Source of the DNA: an uncultured Alphaproteobacteria bacterium
Lineage (GTDB): Bacteria > Pseudomonadota > Alphaproteobacteria > RF32 > CAG-239
NCBI GenBank assembly: GCA_910585375.1
Contig: CAJUCZ010000004.1
Coordinates: 10,636 to 74,635, forward strand
DNA: 64,000 bases
Direction of reading: 5' to 3'
Position numbers and translations under genes: made by a program
Notes under the pieces: generated by a model
The model's database searches: none
What the model was told of the DNA's origin: nothing
Seen by the model: the letters and a program-made list of their open reading frames with translations, nothing else
Shown here: positions 54,933 through 64,000 of the stretch, in pieces
Position numbering within the stretch: the first letter of the stretch is position 1
How the letters are laid out: each line of letters starts with the position of its first letter

Positions 54933-57900
54933 ATGAAAATAATCAGCAATCGGGCATATATTTTTCATAAAACAATGGATTATCTCGGGGTTGCCGTTCT
55001 CGGGCTGATTTTGTTGTTTTTGTGGCAGCTGTACAGCGGTCCGATAGCCGTTCCTTTCTTAAAGCCTTATATTATAAAGGCATTGAATCATGATGATGCC
55101 GAATATCAGGTTTCTCTGGATTCCGTCAACCTGGAACTGGTCAGGTCAATTAAGCCGGTGAAAATTATTGCCAATAACGTGTCTTATCGCAAAACGGACG
55201 GAAGTTTTGTCGCCAGTGCACCCAAAACTTCTGTTTCCTTCAGTATTCGCGCACTTTTGCATGGTGTCGTTGCCCCGAGCAATATTGAGGTCAGCAGTCC
55301 GCGGATTTATGTTTTTACCGATTACGGGGTTCAAAAAGAACAGGAAAATATTGCCAACCAGAAAAAGCTGGCTTTTTATTTTGACTATTTTGAAGATTTT
55401 CTGGAACGCTTCAATTCCGATGACCAGACTTATTCCGAGAGTTATATCAACAAAATAGAAATTAATAATGCCGAGGTTGAATTGCATGAAGTCGATCTGG
55501 GGCGCAAATGGGTCTTTTCTGATTTGAACTATCTTTTTGACCGGAATTTTACCTCTATAGAATCAGACATCAGTGCTTTGCTGAAATTTGAAGACCAACT
55601 GGCCTCGGTCGGATTAAATCTGGAATATAAAATGCTGGGTGAAAAACTGGCGCTGGAATTTTATTTTTCTGACGTCGTGCCGTCACAAATAGCAACATCC
55701 ATGCCGGCCGGCGGTTTTGCCGATGAACTGGCCAAAGTCAATTTGCCGTTGAGTGGCAGACTCGATGCCCTGATAGATTTTCGCAGCGTTCTGAAAAATA
55801 AAGATGATGTGGCACGGAGCCTTGATAACGCTCTGGAAAAAATAAGCTTTTCTCTTGAAGGCGGTAACGGCAGCATCCAGTTTTCCGAGGGTGCTGACTA
55901 TAAATATAAAGTCGCCTCGCTGGTGCTGGGCGGAAACATCTCTGCCGGTTTGGACAAAGTCAGCATCAAAGACGCCTCGTTTGATTTGGATAACCAGAAG
56001 ACCAAACTGAATTTGGAGCTGACCGGACTGAAAAAATATTTTCTTGAGCAGTCAGCCGAGGATATGAAGGTTTCTTTTCAGGCTGATATTGCCGAACTGA
56101 AGTTTGATGATCTGTACCGGCTCTGGCCGCGGGCTCTGGCCGAAGACGCCTGGGTATGGAGCGAAGACAGCTTGTACGGAGGCAAGGCTAAAAATGCCCG
56201 CTTTAATGTGGACTTTGCATATGATAAAAAGCAAAAGGCCGTGGTGTTTAAAGACTTTAAAGGCAGAGCGGATATTGACGGTGTTAACCTGAATTATCTG
56301 CGAGGAATGCCTGATATCCAAAATATATACGGAACTTTCAGTATTGATACCAAAGAATTAAAAGTTGCCATAGACAAAGGTGTTTCAAACGGCGTTATCA
56401 TGACCGGCGGTTCGGTTCTGCTGTACGATCTTGATAAGGAAGACAGCTTTGCCGATATTAATATTGTTGCCGAGAGCTCTATTACCGATGCTCTGAAGCT
56501 GATTGACAATCCGCCGCTGGGTTTTGCTTCGGAAATGGGGTTGAAACCCGACAGCATTGACGGAACTGCCGTAACCGATTTGGGGTTGAAATTTGAGCTG
56601 CGCAATGACCTCGGGACGGATGATGTTCAGGTCAAAGTAAAATCTGATCTGAAAGATGTGACTATTCCCAAGATTGTTGGAGAAAAAGATGTCAAGGCAC
56701 AGGAATTGAAAATGGATGTAACTAACGCCGGTATGCTGATTGAGGGAAATGTTACACTTGACGGATCACCTTTTAAACTGGTCTGGAGCGAGAATTTTAC
56801 TAAAGAAAAAAAATATAACAGCCGTTACCAATTGTCATTTCTGTACAACGCAGCTTTTAAAAAGAAGTGGGGAATTGACTATGAGATTCTGAACCCGCCT
56901 TATATTGACGGGACAGCCGAAGTTCTGGCCGAAATTACCTCCTTCCCGCAGGATAAAATGAAAGTCAGCCTCAATGCCGAACTGACAAACGCAAAATTGG
57001 ATTTTTCATTCTTGGGACTGAACAAAAAACTGGGAGAAAAAGCATTATTAAAAGCGGATATTGATGTCGATAACGGAAAAATTGTTTCCGTGCCGTCTTT
57101 GAGCTTTGATAAATTTGACTTTAATCTTCAGGGTAAAATTGCCCTTAATAAAAACCAACAAGTAACAACGGTTGACATCTCGGGCATCCGTGCACCCAAA
57201 ACGGCGGCCAAAGCTAAAATCGAATTTGCTTACAAGCCCAGAGAAAAGGTCAAAATCAATGTTTCCGGCACCAGTTACGACTTGTCAGCCTTGTTTGCGC
57301 AAAAAGAAAACGCCAAACCTAAAAACAATAAAAATGTAAAAAGCGCAAAAAATCTTTCCCGCCCCAAAACGGAAGACAGCCTGAAAAACGTGACGGATAC
57401 CGATATTAATATTGCTGTAAATAACCTTTGGACCAGTGAAAAATCAATGATAAAGAATTTTGCCGGTTCTGCCAAACTTGTTAACGGCATTGGCATTAAG
57501 GAAATGCATTTGGTCGGCAACTTCACGTCATCGCCCCATTCTTATCTGCGCTTGAATTATGTGCCGCATGCCAATAAGGAATATTTGCTGGACATTGACA
57601 GCAACGATGCCGGCAACACACTCAAATTTTTGCGGCTTTATGATAATATGAAAGGCGGACGGCTGAATGTGAGCGCGCGGCGGGATAAGAACAAAGACTT
57701 TGTCGGTCATGCCAAAATTCGTGATTTCAGTGTTCATAATACGCCGGTTCTGGCCAAATTGCTGACCGTGGCTTCTTTTACCGGCATGGTCAATTTGTTG
57801 ACCGGCGAAGGCGTGAAATTCTCTCATTTTGACGCCCCGTTCACTTATTCTGACCAGATATTGTCTGTAAAAGAGGCAAAAACCTTTGGAAATGTATTGG

Positions 57901-58175
57901 GCATTACCGCTAATGGGAGCTACGATTTGTATTATGACGACATAGATGTCAGCGGCGTGGTTGCTCCGGCTTACAGCTTGAACAGCTTTATCGGTAAAAT
58001 TCCGTTGGTTGGAAACTTGCTTTCCGGCAAGGATGGCACGGTTTTTGCCGCTAATTATAAGATTAAAGGCAATATTGAAGATCCGCAAATCAGCTTAAAT
58101 CCGCTTTCGGCGTTGAGCCCGAGTTCGTTAAAGGATATGCTGTCTTCCCTTTTTGGAGGGAGTAATGGCAAATAG
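54933..58175 (+). CDS. AsmA-family (YhdP/DUF3971-like) large envelope protein
   Basis: N-terminal TM anchor then ~1000-aa beta-rich region; conserved C-terminal AsmA-like segment (…GKIPLVGNLLSGKDGTVFAANYKIKGNIEDPQISLNPLS…). Confidence 0.6.
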   Translation: MKIISNRAYIFHKTMDYLGVAVLGLILLFLWQLYSGPIAVPFLKPYIIKALNHDDAEYQVSLDSVNLELVRSIKPVKIIANNVSYRKTDGSFVASAPKTSVSFSIRALLHGVVAPSNIEVSSPRIYVFTDYGVQKEQENIANQKKLAFYFDYFEDFLERFNSDDQTYSESYINKIEINNAEVELHEVDLGRKWVFSDLNYLFDRNFTSIESDISALLKFEDQLASVGLNLEYKMLGEKLALEFYFSDVVPSQIATSMPAGGFADELAKVNLPLSGRLDALIDFRSVLKNKDDVARSLDNALEKISFSLEGGNGSIQFSEGADYKYKVASLVLGGNISAGLDKVSIKDASFDLDNQKTKLNLELTGLKKYFLEQSAEDMKVSFQADIAELKFDDLYRLWPRALAEDAWVWSEDSLYGGKAKNARFNVDFAYDKKQKAVVFKDFKGRADIDGVNLNYLRGMPDIQNIYGTFSIDTKELKVAIDKGVSNGVIMTGGSVLLYDLDKEDSFADINIVAESSITDALKLIDNPPLGFASEMGLKPDSIDGTAVTDLGLKFELRNDLGTDDVQVKVKSDLKDVTIPKIVGEKDVKAQELKMDVTNAGMLIEGNVTLDGSPFKLVWSENFTKEKKYNSRYQLSFLYNAAFKKKWGIDYEILNPPYIDGTAEVLAEITSFPQDKMKVSLNAELTNAKLDFSFLGLNKKLGEKALLKADIDVDNGKIVSVPSLSFDKFDFNLQGKIALNKNQQVTTVDISGIRAPKTAAKAKIEFAYKPREKVKINVSGTSYDLSALFAQKENAKPKNNKNVKSAKNLSRPKTEDSLKNVTDTDINIAVNNLWTSEKSMIKNFAGSAKLVNGIGIKEMHLVGNFTSSPHSYLRLNYVPHANKEYLLDIDSNDAGNTLKFLRLYDNMKGGRLNVSARRDKNKDFVGHAKIRDFSVHNTPVLAKLLTVASFTGMVNLLTGEGVKFSHFDAPFTYSDQILSVKEAKTFGNVLGITANGSYDLYYDDIDVSGVVAPAYSLNSFIGKIPLVGNLLSGKDGTVFAANYKIKGNIEDPQISLNPLSALSPSSLKDMLSSLFGGSNGK

Positions 58176-58641
58176 GCTGAAAATCGGGGTGGATTTTCAC
58201 GGTGTTATTACGGCAAATCCTCATTTTTTCAGCGCTTTCACGCAGGAAGCCGTCAGTCGCGGTTGGGAGATACACGTGATTACCGGCGGTCCAGGCAGTG
58301 TTATCTGTAAAATGCTGGACGATTGGAAAATCTCTTATACCACCGTTTTTGCAATTTTAGATTTTTATGCAGCCTTAGATAAGGTAGCCTACAAGAAAAA
58401 TAACGAATTCCATATTGACGATAAATTATGGAACAGCGCCAAGGCTTTATATTGCAAAGAGCACGGCATAGATATTCATATTGACGACAGCACGATTTAT
58501 AAAAAATGGTTTTCCACGCCATATTGTCTTTATGATGCTTTTGATAACAGATGTCGTCTGGATAACGGAACTGAAATGGATTTTTCTGCCGGTGCGGTTG
58601 CCGCGCTGGATGAAATCGGGCGAATGGCAAAAAGGGCATAA
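58165..58641 (+). CDS. hypothetical protein (possible HAD-like fold)
   Basis: RBS GGAGGGAG before ATG 58165; IGVDFHGVI resembles but does not match HAD motif I. Confidence 0.35.
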   Translation: MANRLKIGVDFHGVITANPHFFSAFTQEAVSRGWEIHVITGGPGSVICKMLDDWKISYTTVFAILDFYAALDKVAYKKNNEFHIDDKLWNSAKALYCKEHGIDIHIDDSTIYKKWFSTPYCLYDAFDNRCRLDNGTEMDFSAGAVAALDEIGRMAKRA

Positions 58642-58858
58642 AGACGTCCGGTATCCGCTTTTTCAAATTAAAATTTTAAACGAATCTTAAGAATTCCCCG
58701 TTACACTGTGCGCGGAAAAGAAGGATAATATGCCTTTGTGGGCAGAAAGCTCAAAACTGACGGCTATAAACGAAAGTAAGTCTACAAGTCTGATTTTTAA
58801 AGACTAAATAAGACGGCATTCGTCAATAATACGCTGTAAGGCCCGTAATTAAAGGTGA

Positions 58859-59569
58859 GTGGTAATGATAAGTGAAGAAATTGTCCATGTCAAAGGTCAG
58901 CCCCAAAAGCTGGTTGTGTTTCTGCACGGCTATATAGACAGCGCGCCTGCGCTTGACCGGAAGATAAATGTTCTGACGGACGGTCTGGACAATACTGCGG
59001 TTCACGTTCCGCAGGCGCCCGTTATCTGTGAGGTACATGAAAACAAACGCCAATGGTATTCCATGCACCGTTTTGATCCGGATGATGCCCGCAAATTTGT
59101 TCCGACCATGGAAGAATGCGTTGCAATTTATGACCGGATGGGACTGGGTCTGGCAGAGGCTTATGCTTATCTGAATGATTATATTGAAGAACGTCTGGAT
59201 TTATACGGATTGGAAGCTGAAGACCTGTATCTTTGCGGTTTTTCTCAGGGTGCCATGCTTGCTATGTATTACGCTTTGCAACATGAAGAAACAATCGGCG
59301 GCTGCGTCAGTTTCAGCGGGATATTAACGCCGCATACTTATTTGCTCAAACATCACAAATCAACGCCGGATGTCTTGCTTATCCATGGCAATGCCGACAA
59401 TCTTGTTCGTTTTGAAGCGCTGAATTTTACACGTAGCCAACTGGAACAAATGGGCTGCAGTGTTTCGACTTATGTTGTAAAAGACGGCCGCCACATGGTA
59501 ACGGAAGACGGGATGGCAAAGGCTCTGGAATATATAAACGGCCGGCATCTGAAACAAAAGGCTGTCTGA
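58859..59569 (+). CDS. phospholipase/carboxylesterase family alpha/beta hydrolase
   Basis: LHGYxDS…GFSQGAML…HGNAD catalytic triad arrangement (Abhydrolase_2). Confidence 0.7.
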   Translation: MVMISEEIVHVKGQPQKLVVFLHGYIDSAPALDRKINVLTDGLDNTAVHVPQAPVICEVHENKRQWYSMHRFDPDDARKFVPTMEECVAIYDRMGLGLAEAYAYLNDYIEERLDLYGLEAEDLYLCGFSQGAMLAMYYALQHEETIGGCVSFSGILTPHTYLLKHHKSTPDVLLIHGNADNLVRFEALNFTRSQLEQMGCSVSTYVVKDGRHMVTEDGMAKALEYINGRHLKQKAV

Positions 59570-59573
59570 ACGG

Positions 59574-60602
59574 CTAAAGAAAAGGCCGAGGCATCACGAC
59601 GCCGCCGTCGGAACTCAGGCTTCCTGTAATACGTCGCACGTTCAGATCCGAATTGTCTCCCAATGTCCGGTGATAAATATCGGCATAATTCCCGTGTACT
59701 TTCAATGCTTCGCGGAAGCCTTTCGGATTCATTTCAAACTTCTGCCAAAGCTTGGGGTCCAGTCCGAGCATATTGCGAATAGATTGATCCTGTGCATTGT
59801 TTAAGATATCAACGTTTGTCGTGGTAATGCCGTATTCTTCCGCCAGATACAGGTTGTTAATCAGCCAGCTGATAATGCTTTGCAGCCTTGTGTTGTCACG
59901 GCTCACATAGGCATATACAGGTTTTGCGGTAATTACTTCCGGCAAGACCGCCACCTTGGATTTTTGCTGTTCATAAGCGATAGATTTCAAAAAAGCTTCG
60001 TTGCCGGTTATCAGGGCGCAGCGGTTCAGCATGAAAGCTTCTTTGGTTTTTTGCTGGCTGGGAAATTTAATTGCTTTAAGCTTGAGTTTGTATTGCCTGT
60101 TGTATAAATCAAGATTATACAGCTCTTCCGAATTGTTAACGGCGCAAACCGTTTTGCCTTTAAATTCCAGCATGGATGTTGCTTCGCCGGGGTTGCGTGC
60201 GGCAAACATTTGCCGGTCAAAATACAACAAACCGGCCGGAACAATCCTGCGGGAGATGTCCAGAGAGGCGGAATAAGGCGTGTTGCCGAGCATAACGTCA
60301 ACTTTGCCTGATTGCAGGGCAGCTGCGGCCTCGGATTGCGGCACGTTGACCAGCTCAAAATATTTTTCATTGCCAAAAATGGCGGAAGCAAAAATTTTGC
60401 ATATTTCCGCATCAAAACCCTGCCACTGTTTTTCTTCGTCACGATAAGCAAAAGCGCGGCTGTCCAGCGTCGTACCGCAGCGAATGGCACCGTGCGACTT
60501 AATGTAGCGCAATCCTGCGTCTTCCGCCCGTGCGGAAACTGTTGTAAAAATACAGGCCGTTAAAATTAAAATTGTGTGTTTCAGTTTCATTTTTTTAACC
60601 AA
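59574..60602 (-). CDS. amino-acid ABC transporter periplasmic binding protein (AapJ/BztA-like)
   Basis: signal peptide; …GAIRCGTTLDSRAFAYRDEEKQWQGFDAEICKIFASAIFGN… resembles general L-amino-acid binding proteins. Confidence 0.6.
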   Translation of the reverse strand: MVKKMKLKHTILILTACIFTTVSARAEDAGLRYIKSHGAIRCGTTLDSRAFAYRDEEKQWQGFDAEICKIFASAIFGNEKYFELVNVPQSEAAAALQSGKVDVMLGNTPYSASLDISRRIVPAGLLYFDRQMFAARNPGEATSMLEFKGKTVCAVNNSEELYNLDLYNRQYKLKLKAIKFPSQQKTKEAFMLNRCALITGNEAFLKSIAYEQQKSKVAVLPEVITAKPVYAYVSRDNTRLQSIISWLINNLYLAEEYGITTTNVDILNNAQDQSIRNMLGLDPKLWQKFEMNPKGFREALKVHGNYADIYHRTLGDNSDLNVRRITGSLSSDGGVVMPRPFL

Positions 60603-60649
60603 TATGTTATACTATAAACTCAGGCAAAATTAATATAAGGCATTTTTTC

Positions 60650-61345
60650 ATGAAACGTAATCATTTTTTACAACTTATTATCGTCTGTTTTTTATTGTTG
60701 TTGTCCTCCGGAGTTCGTGCCTTGCCGATTGATAAAACTGTGGCCGAATCCTGGGTGCGGGATAAAGGAAACAGATTGCTGGATACTTTCAATGAAAAAG
60801 ACCTTTCCGTCAAATATCAAAAACTTGATACGCTTTTTATAAAATATGTAGACTTGGACTATATTGGAAAATTTGTGCTTGGAAAATACTGGAAGCTCTT
60901 GAATGAAAAACAGCAAAAAGAATACCTTTCCCTGTTTCGCCGGTATGCATTGTCTTTGTACAAAGGCTTTCCGCTGAGTTTTGACAACCGCCTGTCTTTT
61001 AAGGTCGGAAACGTTGACAGCCGCGAAAGTTATACCGATGTCTGGACCGGCATAAATTTGGCGCCGGCAGAAAAAGGCGGAGCTGATACAACCGTCAGCG
61101 TTGCCTTTCGCTTGCATAAGAAAAACAATGAAATCAAAATCATTGACATCACGTTGGGCGAGAGCAGTCTGATTTTATCTTACCGCAGCCGTTTTTATCA
61201 AATGATGGAAGAAGCCGATTCTGATCCCGTCTGGTTTATGGAAGACTTGCAAACCATAACGGAATCAAACGAGAAGAACAACCGGCTGCAGCTGCAAAAT
61301 TTCGAATTTGGGCAAAAACCTGCGGCATTGCCGGTACAATTGTAA
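60650..61345 (+). CDS. MlaC/Ttg2D-family phospholipid-binding periplasmic protein
   Basis: signal peptide; …IGKFVLGKYWKLLNEKQQKEY…FRRYALSLYKG… pattern. Confidence 0.5.
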   Translation: MKRNHFLQLIIVCFLLLLSSGVRALPIDKTVAESWVRDKGNRLLDTFNEKDLSVKYQKLDTLFIKYVDLDYIGKFVLGKYWKLLNEKQQKEYLSLFRRYALSLYKGFPLSFDNRLSFKVGNVDSRESYTDVWTGINLAPAEKGGADTTVSVAFRLHKKNNEIKIIDITLGESSLILSYRSRFYQMMEEADSDPVWFMEDLQTITESNEKNNRLQLQNFEFGQKPAALPVQL

Positions 61346-61412
61346 AAAGCTGTTGAATTTCCGGCCGTATAAGATTATTATCTCTCTCATGTTTTGAATG
61401 AGGAGAAAAAGA

Positions 61413-62801
61413 ATGACTAAAATATATCTGCATAATACCGTCAGCCGCCGTAAGGAGGAGTTTGTTCCGATTGACGCTGAAAATGTGCGGATGTATGTCT
61501 GCGGTCCGACAGTTTATGACAAGGCTCACCTCGGCAATGCCAAGACCTCTGTGGTTTTTGACGTCTGGTACCGGCTCTTGCGCGCCGTTTACGGAGCAGA
61601 ACATGTTACCTATGTTTCCAATATCACCGATGTTGATGATAAGATTTTGAATAAACACAAAGAAACCGGCAAACCCATTCGCGAAATTACCGAACAGACT
61701 TATCAGTGGTATCTGGACGATATGAAACGCCTGAACGTGCTGGATCCGAATTACCGTCCGCGCGCGACCGAATATATTGGTGAGATGATAGAACTTGTCA
61801 AGCGCCTGCTTGCCAACGGCCATGCTTATGAGGCTGCCGGTCATGTCCTGTTTAGTGTCGATTCTATGCCCGCTTACGGCTTTTTGTCCGGCCGCTCAAT
61901 GAAAGAAATGCTGGCGGGCGCACGGATTGATGTGGCTGATTATAAGAAAAATCCGGCGGATTTTGTCTTGTGGAAACCGTCTGACGCAGATCAGCCGGGA
62001 TGGGACAGCCCTTGGGGTTACGGCCGTCCGGGCTGGCATCTGGAATGTTCTGCCATGAGCTCAAAACTGCTGGGAAATGATTTTGACATTCACGGCGGCG
62101 GTTCGGATTTGATTTTTCCGCACCATGAGAATGAATGTGCCCAGTCATGTTGCGCTTTTGAGGGCTCAAAATTTGCCCGTTATTGGATTCATGCCGGCAT
62201 GCTGATGGTTGACGGCGTTAAAATGTCCAAGTCCTTGGGCAATTTTTATATCGTTGATGAGATTTTGGCCAAATATCCGGCTGAGGCTTTGCGTCTTTTG
62301 TTCCTGAGCGGACACTACCACCAGCCGTTTAACTTTACGTTTGACGGTCTGAATCAGGCCAAGGCAACGCTCGATAAATTTTATAACGCATTGCTCAAGA
62401 CCGCGGAAGTTGAAGTTGATGATAAGGCTGCACCGGATGCGCGGGTGCTGGAAGCGCTGGCTGATGATTTGAACACGCCGCTGGCAATTTCTTATCTGCA
62501 TGAGATTGTGAACAGCCTGAATAAAGCCGAAACGCCGGAAGAAAAGAAAAAATATAAGTCACAGTTGCTGGCAAGCGCAGATTTGCTTGGCTTGTTGTGG
62601 CAGCAGCCAGAGATTTGGTTTAAGGGTGGTGAAAACGCTGCATCGCTGGATGAAAAAGCGATTGAAGCTAAAATTGCCGAGCGTTTGGCCGCTAAAAAGA
62701 ATAAGGACTATGCCTTGGCGGATAAGATTCGCAATGATTTGAAAGAACAGGGGATTTTGCTTGAAGACGGCCCCGCGGGCACGACTTGGAAAATTGCCTG
62801 A
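61413..62801 (+). CDS. cysS: cysteinyl-tRNA synthetase
   Basis: HIGH-like (HLGNAKT) and KMSKS motifs; start at ATG 61413 preceded by AGGAG. Confidence 0.95.
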   Translation: MTKIYLHNTVSRRKEEFVPIDAENVRMYVCGPTVYDKAHLGNAKTSVVFDVWYRLLRAVYGAEHVTYVSNITDVDDKILNKHKETGKPIREITEQTYQWYLDDMKRLNVLDPNYRPRATEYIGEMIELVKRLLANGHAYEAAGHVLFSVDSMPAYGFLSGRSMKEMLAGARIDVADYKKNPADFVLWKPSDADQPGWDSPWGYGRPGWHLECSAMSSKLLGNDFDIHGGGSDLIFPHHENECAQSCCAFEGSKFARYWIHAGMLMVDGVKMSKSLGNFYIVDEILAKYPAEALRLLFLSGHYHQPFNFTFDGLNQAKATLDKFYNALLKTAEVEVDDKAAPDARVLEALADDLNTPLAISYLHEIVNSLNKAETPEEKKKYKSQLLASADLLGLLWQQPEIWFKGGENAASLDEKAIEAKIAERLAAKKNKDYALADKIRNDLKEQGILLEDGPAGTTWKIA

Positions 62802-63139
62802 ATTGTAAAAACGCCGCCGTCCGTGCGGCGTTTTTTTATATCTGAATTTTCGTCCGGAGATTAAATTTTATAAAATTTCCGCAGCAATGGTGTATAATGC
62901 AGTTTGCGGCGGGTGGTGGAAGAAGATATTTCTGACGGGGGAGGAAACAAAGGGTGGTCGGGAAAGATAGACATGCAGCTGACAAGATCTTGTTCTCGCA
63001 GACGGACGGTTGATTTGTAATAGTATGTATCCGTTGGCATAATATTAAACGCCTTGGGACTATTGGGATTTTTGTTACTCACTTTTGTTTCCGATCATTA
63101 TAATGAAAAAGCCCCTGAGTGACAGAGGCGCTTTTCTTG

Positions 63140-63361
63140 TTAATTGATTTTATATTCTTCCGTTGAATCTTGAATGTTTTGACAAACGGCCTTTGCAAAA
63201 GATTTTTTGGCAATGTAAGTCAGGAAAAGAGGCTCTTCCAATTTTAGCATCCCCAAAGCTTCTTCGAGAGCTTCAAAACTTTGATGAATTTTGCTGATCA
63301 AAATGGCGTTGCTGTTGATTAAGTCGTAGTCCGCATTAATGTTTTCATTAATATTTCTCAT
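63140..63361 (-). CDS. hypothetical small protein (73 aa)
   Basis: GGAGG 5 nt upstream of ATG; ORF only. Confidence 0.35.
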   Translation of the reverse strand: MRNINENINADYDLINSNAILISKIHQSFEALEEALGMLKLEEPLFLTYIAKKSFAKAVCQNIQDSTEEYKIN

Positions 63362-63594
63362 CACTACCTCCTAAAGGAATTTTTTGTGGATAACTAAATT
63401 CAGTCCTCGACATGAATATTAGCAATAAATTTTTAATCTGGGTAGTAGGTAAATTTCGATACCTGTGTACGAAAAATAGGTACACCTAAGCGAATTGAAA
63501 TTTTATAATAATTTCATATATATAGCAAACTAAAAACGAAAAACGGACGCTTTTTCATAAGGCGTCCGTCTCGATTCCTTTAGATTCGTTGCGT

Positions 63595-64000
63595 TTACGG
63601 CTCCATGATAATGCATTCGATTCCGTTATTTTTACTGTCAATGAGCTTTTTAAAATCATGCGGGTTAACCGGACCCTGTGTAAAGAGATCATAATGAATT
63701 GGCACAACTGTCTTAACGCCGAGCCATTCGGCAGCCAGAACCGCTTGCGGAATATCCATGTTCACCCGTCCGCCAATCGGAATAAGCGCCATTTCGGGCT
63801 GATAAATTTCTTTAACCAGTTTGAAGTCAAAATTGACAGCCGTGTCACCCAGATGATAAATTCGGATAGTGCCGAAATCAAAAATAATGCCAGCTGATAT
63901 GTCAAACGGTGTGTTGTCCGGCAAAAGTCCGCTGTGTACGGCCGGACGAAAAATTGCCTTGCCCCACGGAAAAAGCTGCTCAACGCCAATCGGAACGCCA
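63595..64000 (-). CDS. metal-dependent hydrolase (MBL-fold, UPF0173-like), 5' end outside window
   Basis: reading frame open to window edge (…GVPIGVEQLFPWGKAIFRPAVHSGLLPDNTPFDISAG…HLGDT…IPIGG…). Confidence 0.5.
   Translation of the reverse strand, partial: GVPIGVEQLFPWGKAIFRPAVHSGLLPDNTPFDISAGIIFDFGTIRIYHLGDTAVNFDFKLVKEIYQPEMALIPIGGRVNMDIPQAVLAAEWLGVKTVVPIHYDLFTQGPVNPHDFKKLIDSKNNGIECIIMEP

Noticed and set aside
58153-58175. ORF-track start 58153 for the HAD-like ORF (MEGVMANRL…) overlapping the AsmA gene end
   Set aside because: ATG 58165 is preceded by GGAGGGAG at ideal spacing; preferred.

Overview
This 64 kb window looks like an alphaproteobacterial chromosome segment. The evidence is gene order: flgF-flgG-flgA-flgH with two FlaF-type regulators, rne followed by amiC-mrcA-prfB, then cysS, secA, proS and cspA. 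Housekeeping genes are about 45-50% GC. Most of the window is ordinary core genome: an RND efflux operon (membrane fusion protein, AcrB-like pump, OprM-like channel), flagellar rod/ring genes, secA, RNase E, PBP1A, prfB with its programmed +1 frameshift, AmiC, BepA-like M48 protease, AsmA-family protein, EptA-like phosphoethanolamine transferase, and tRNA-Pro(GGG) and tRNA-Asp(GUC). I found no transposase, integrase or CRISPR array.

Four accessory blocks stand out:
1. A three-copy cassette at about 11.5, 26.6 and 31.5 kb. Each copy has a conserved sigma70-like promoter, a roughly 185-nt structured leader, a small (86-90 aa) helix-turn-helix protein gene, an intrinsic terminator and a GC-rich 3' tail. 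The leader combines a GNRA-capped hairpin with compensatory changes, an intrinsic terminator 25 nt upstream of the start codon, and an anti-SD/SD pair. The tail carries a 13-bp palindrome CACCCGCYGGGTG, which also occurs in the 5' UTR of a cysteine-rich protein gene.
2. Two paralogous cysteine/glycine/serine-rich secreted proteins of about 390 aa (16479-17678 and 42285-43415, both minus strand). Their N-terminal ~230 aa are conserved and their C-termini diverge. They share a TTGAC(A/T)-17-TATAGT promoter and an upstream conserved box. A third, small Cys-rich gene (49892-50273) is split by a C5/G5 homopolymer.
3. A low-GC block at 0.16-4.75 kb around tRNA-Pro. Three consecutive hypothetical proteins there all end in a G-x-R-S-R carboxy terminus: one of unknown function, one with a eukaryote-like type-I KH domain, and one histidine phosphatase. 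This pattern is consistent with secreted-effector candidates.
4. Strand-asymmetric polypurine tracts at 17.86-18.0 kb and 27.96-28.32 kb, plus a 1.3 kb repeat- and palindrome-rich non-coding region at 27.05-27.95 kb.

Downstream of tRNA-Asp is a duplicated 70-bp segment flanking a 12-bp-arm palindrome, next to a phage Gp37/Gp68-like (DUF5131) gene. This may be an integration scar.

All functional calls are by motif recognition only. No database search was possible.
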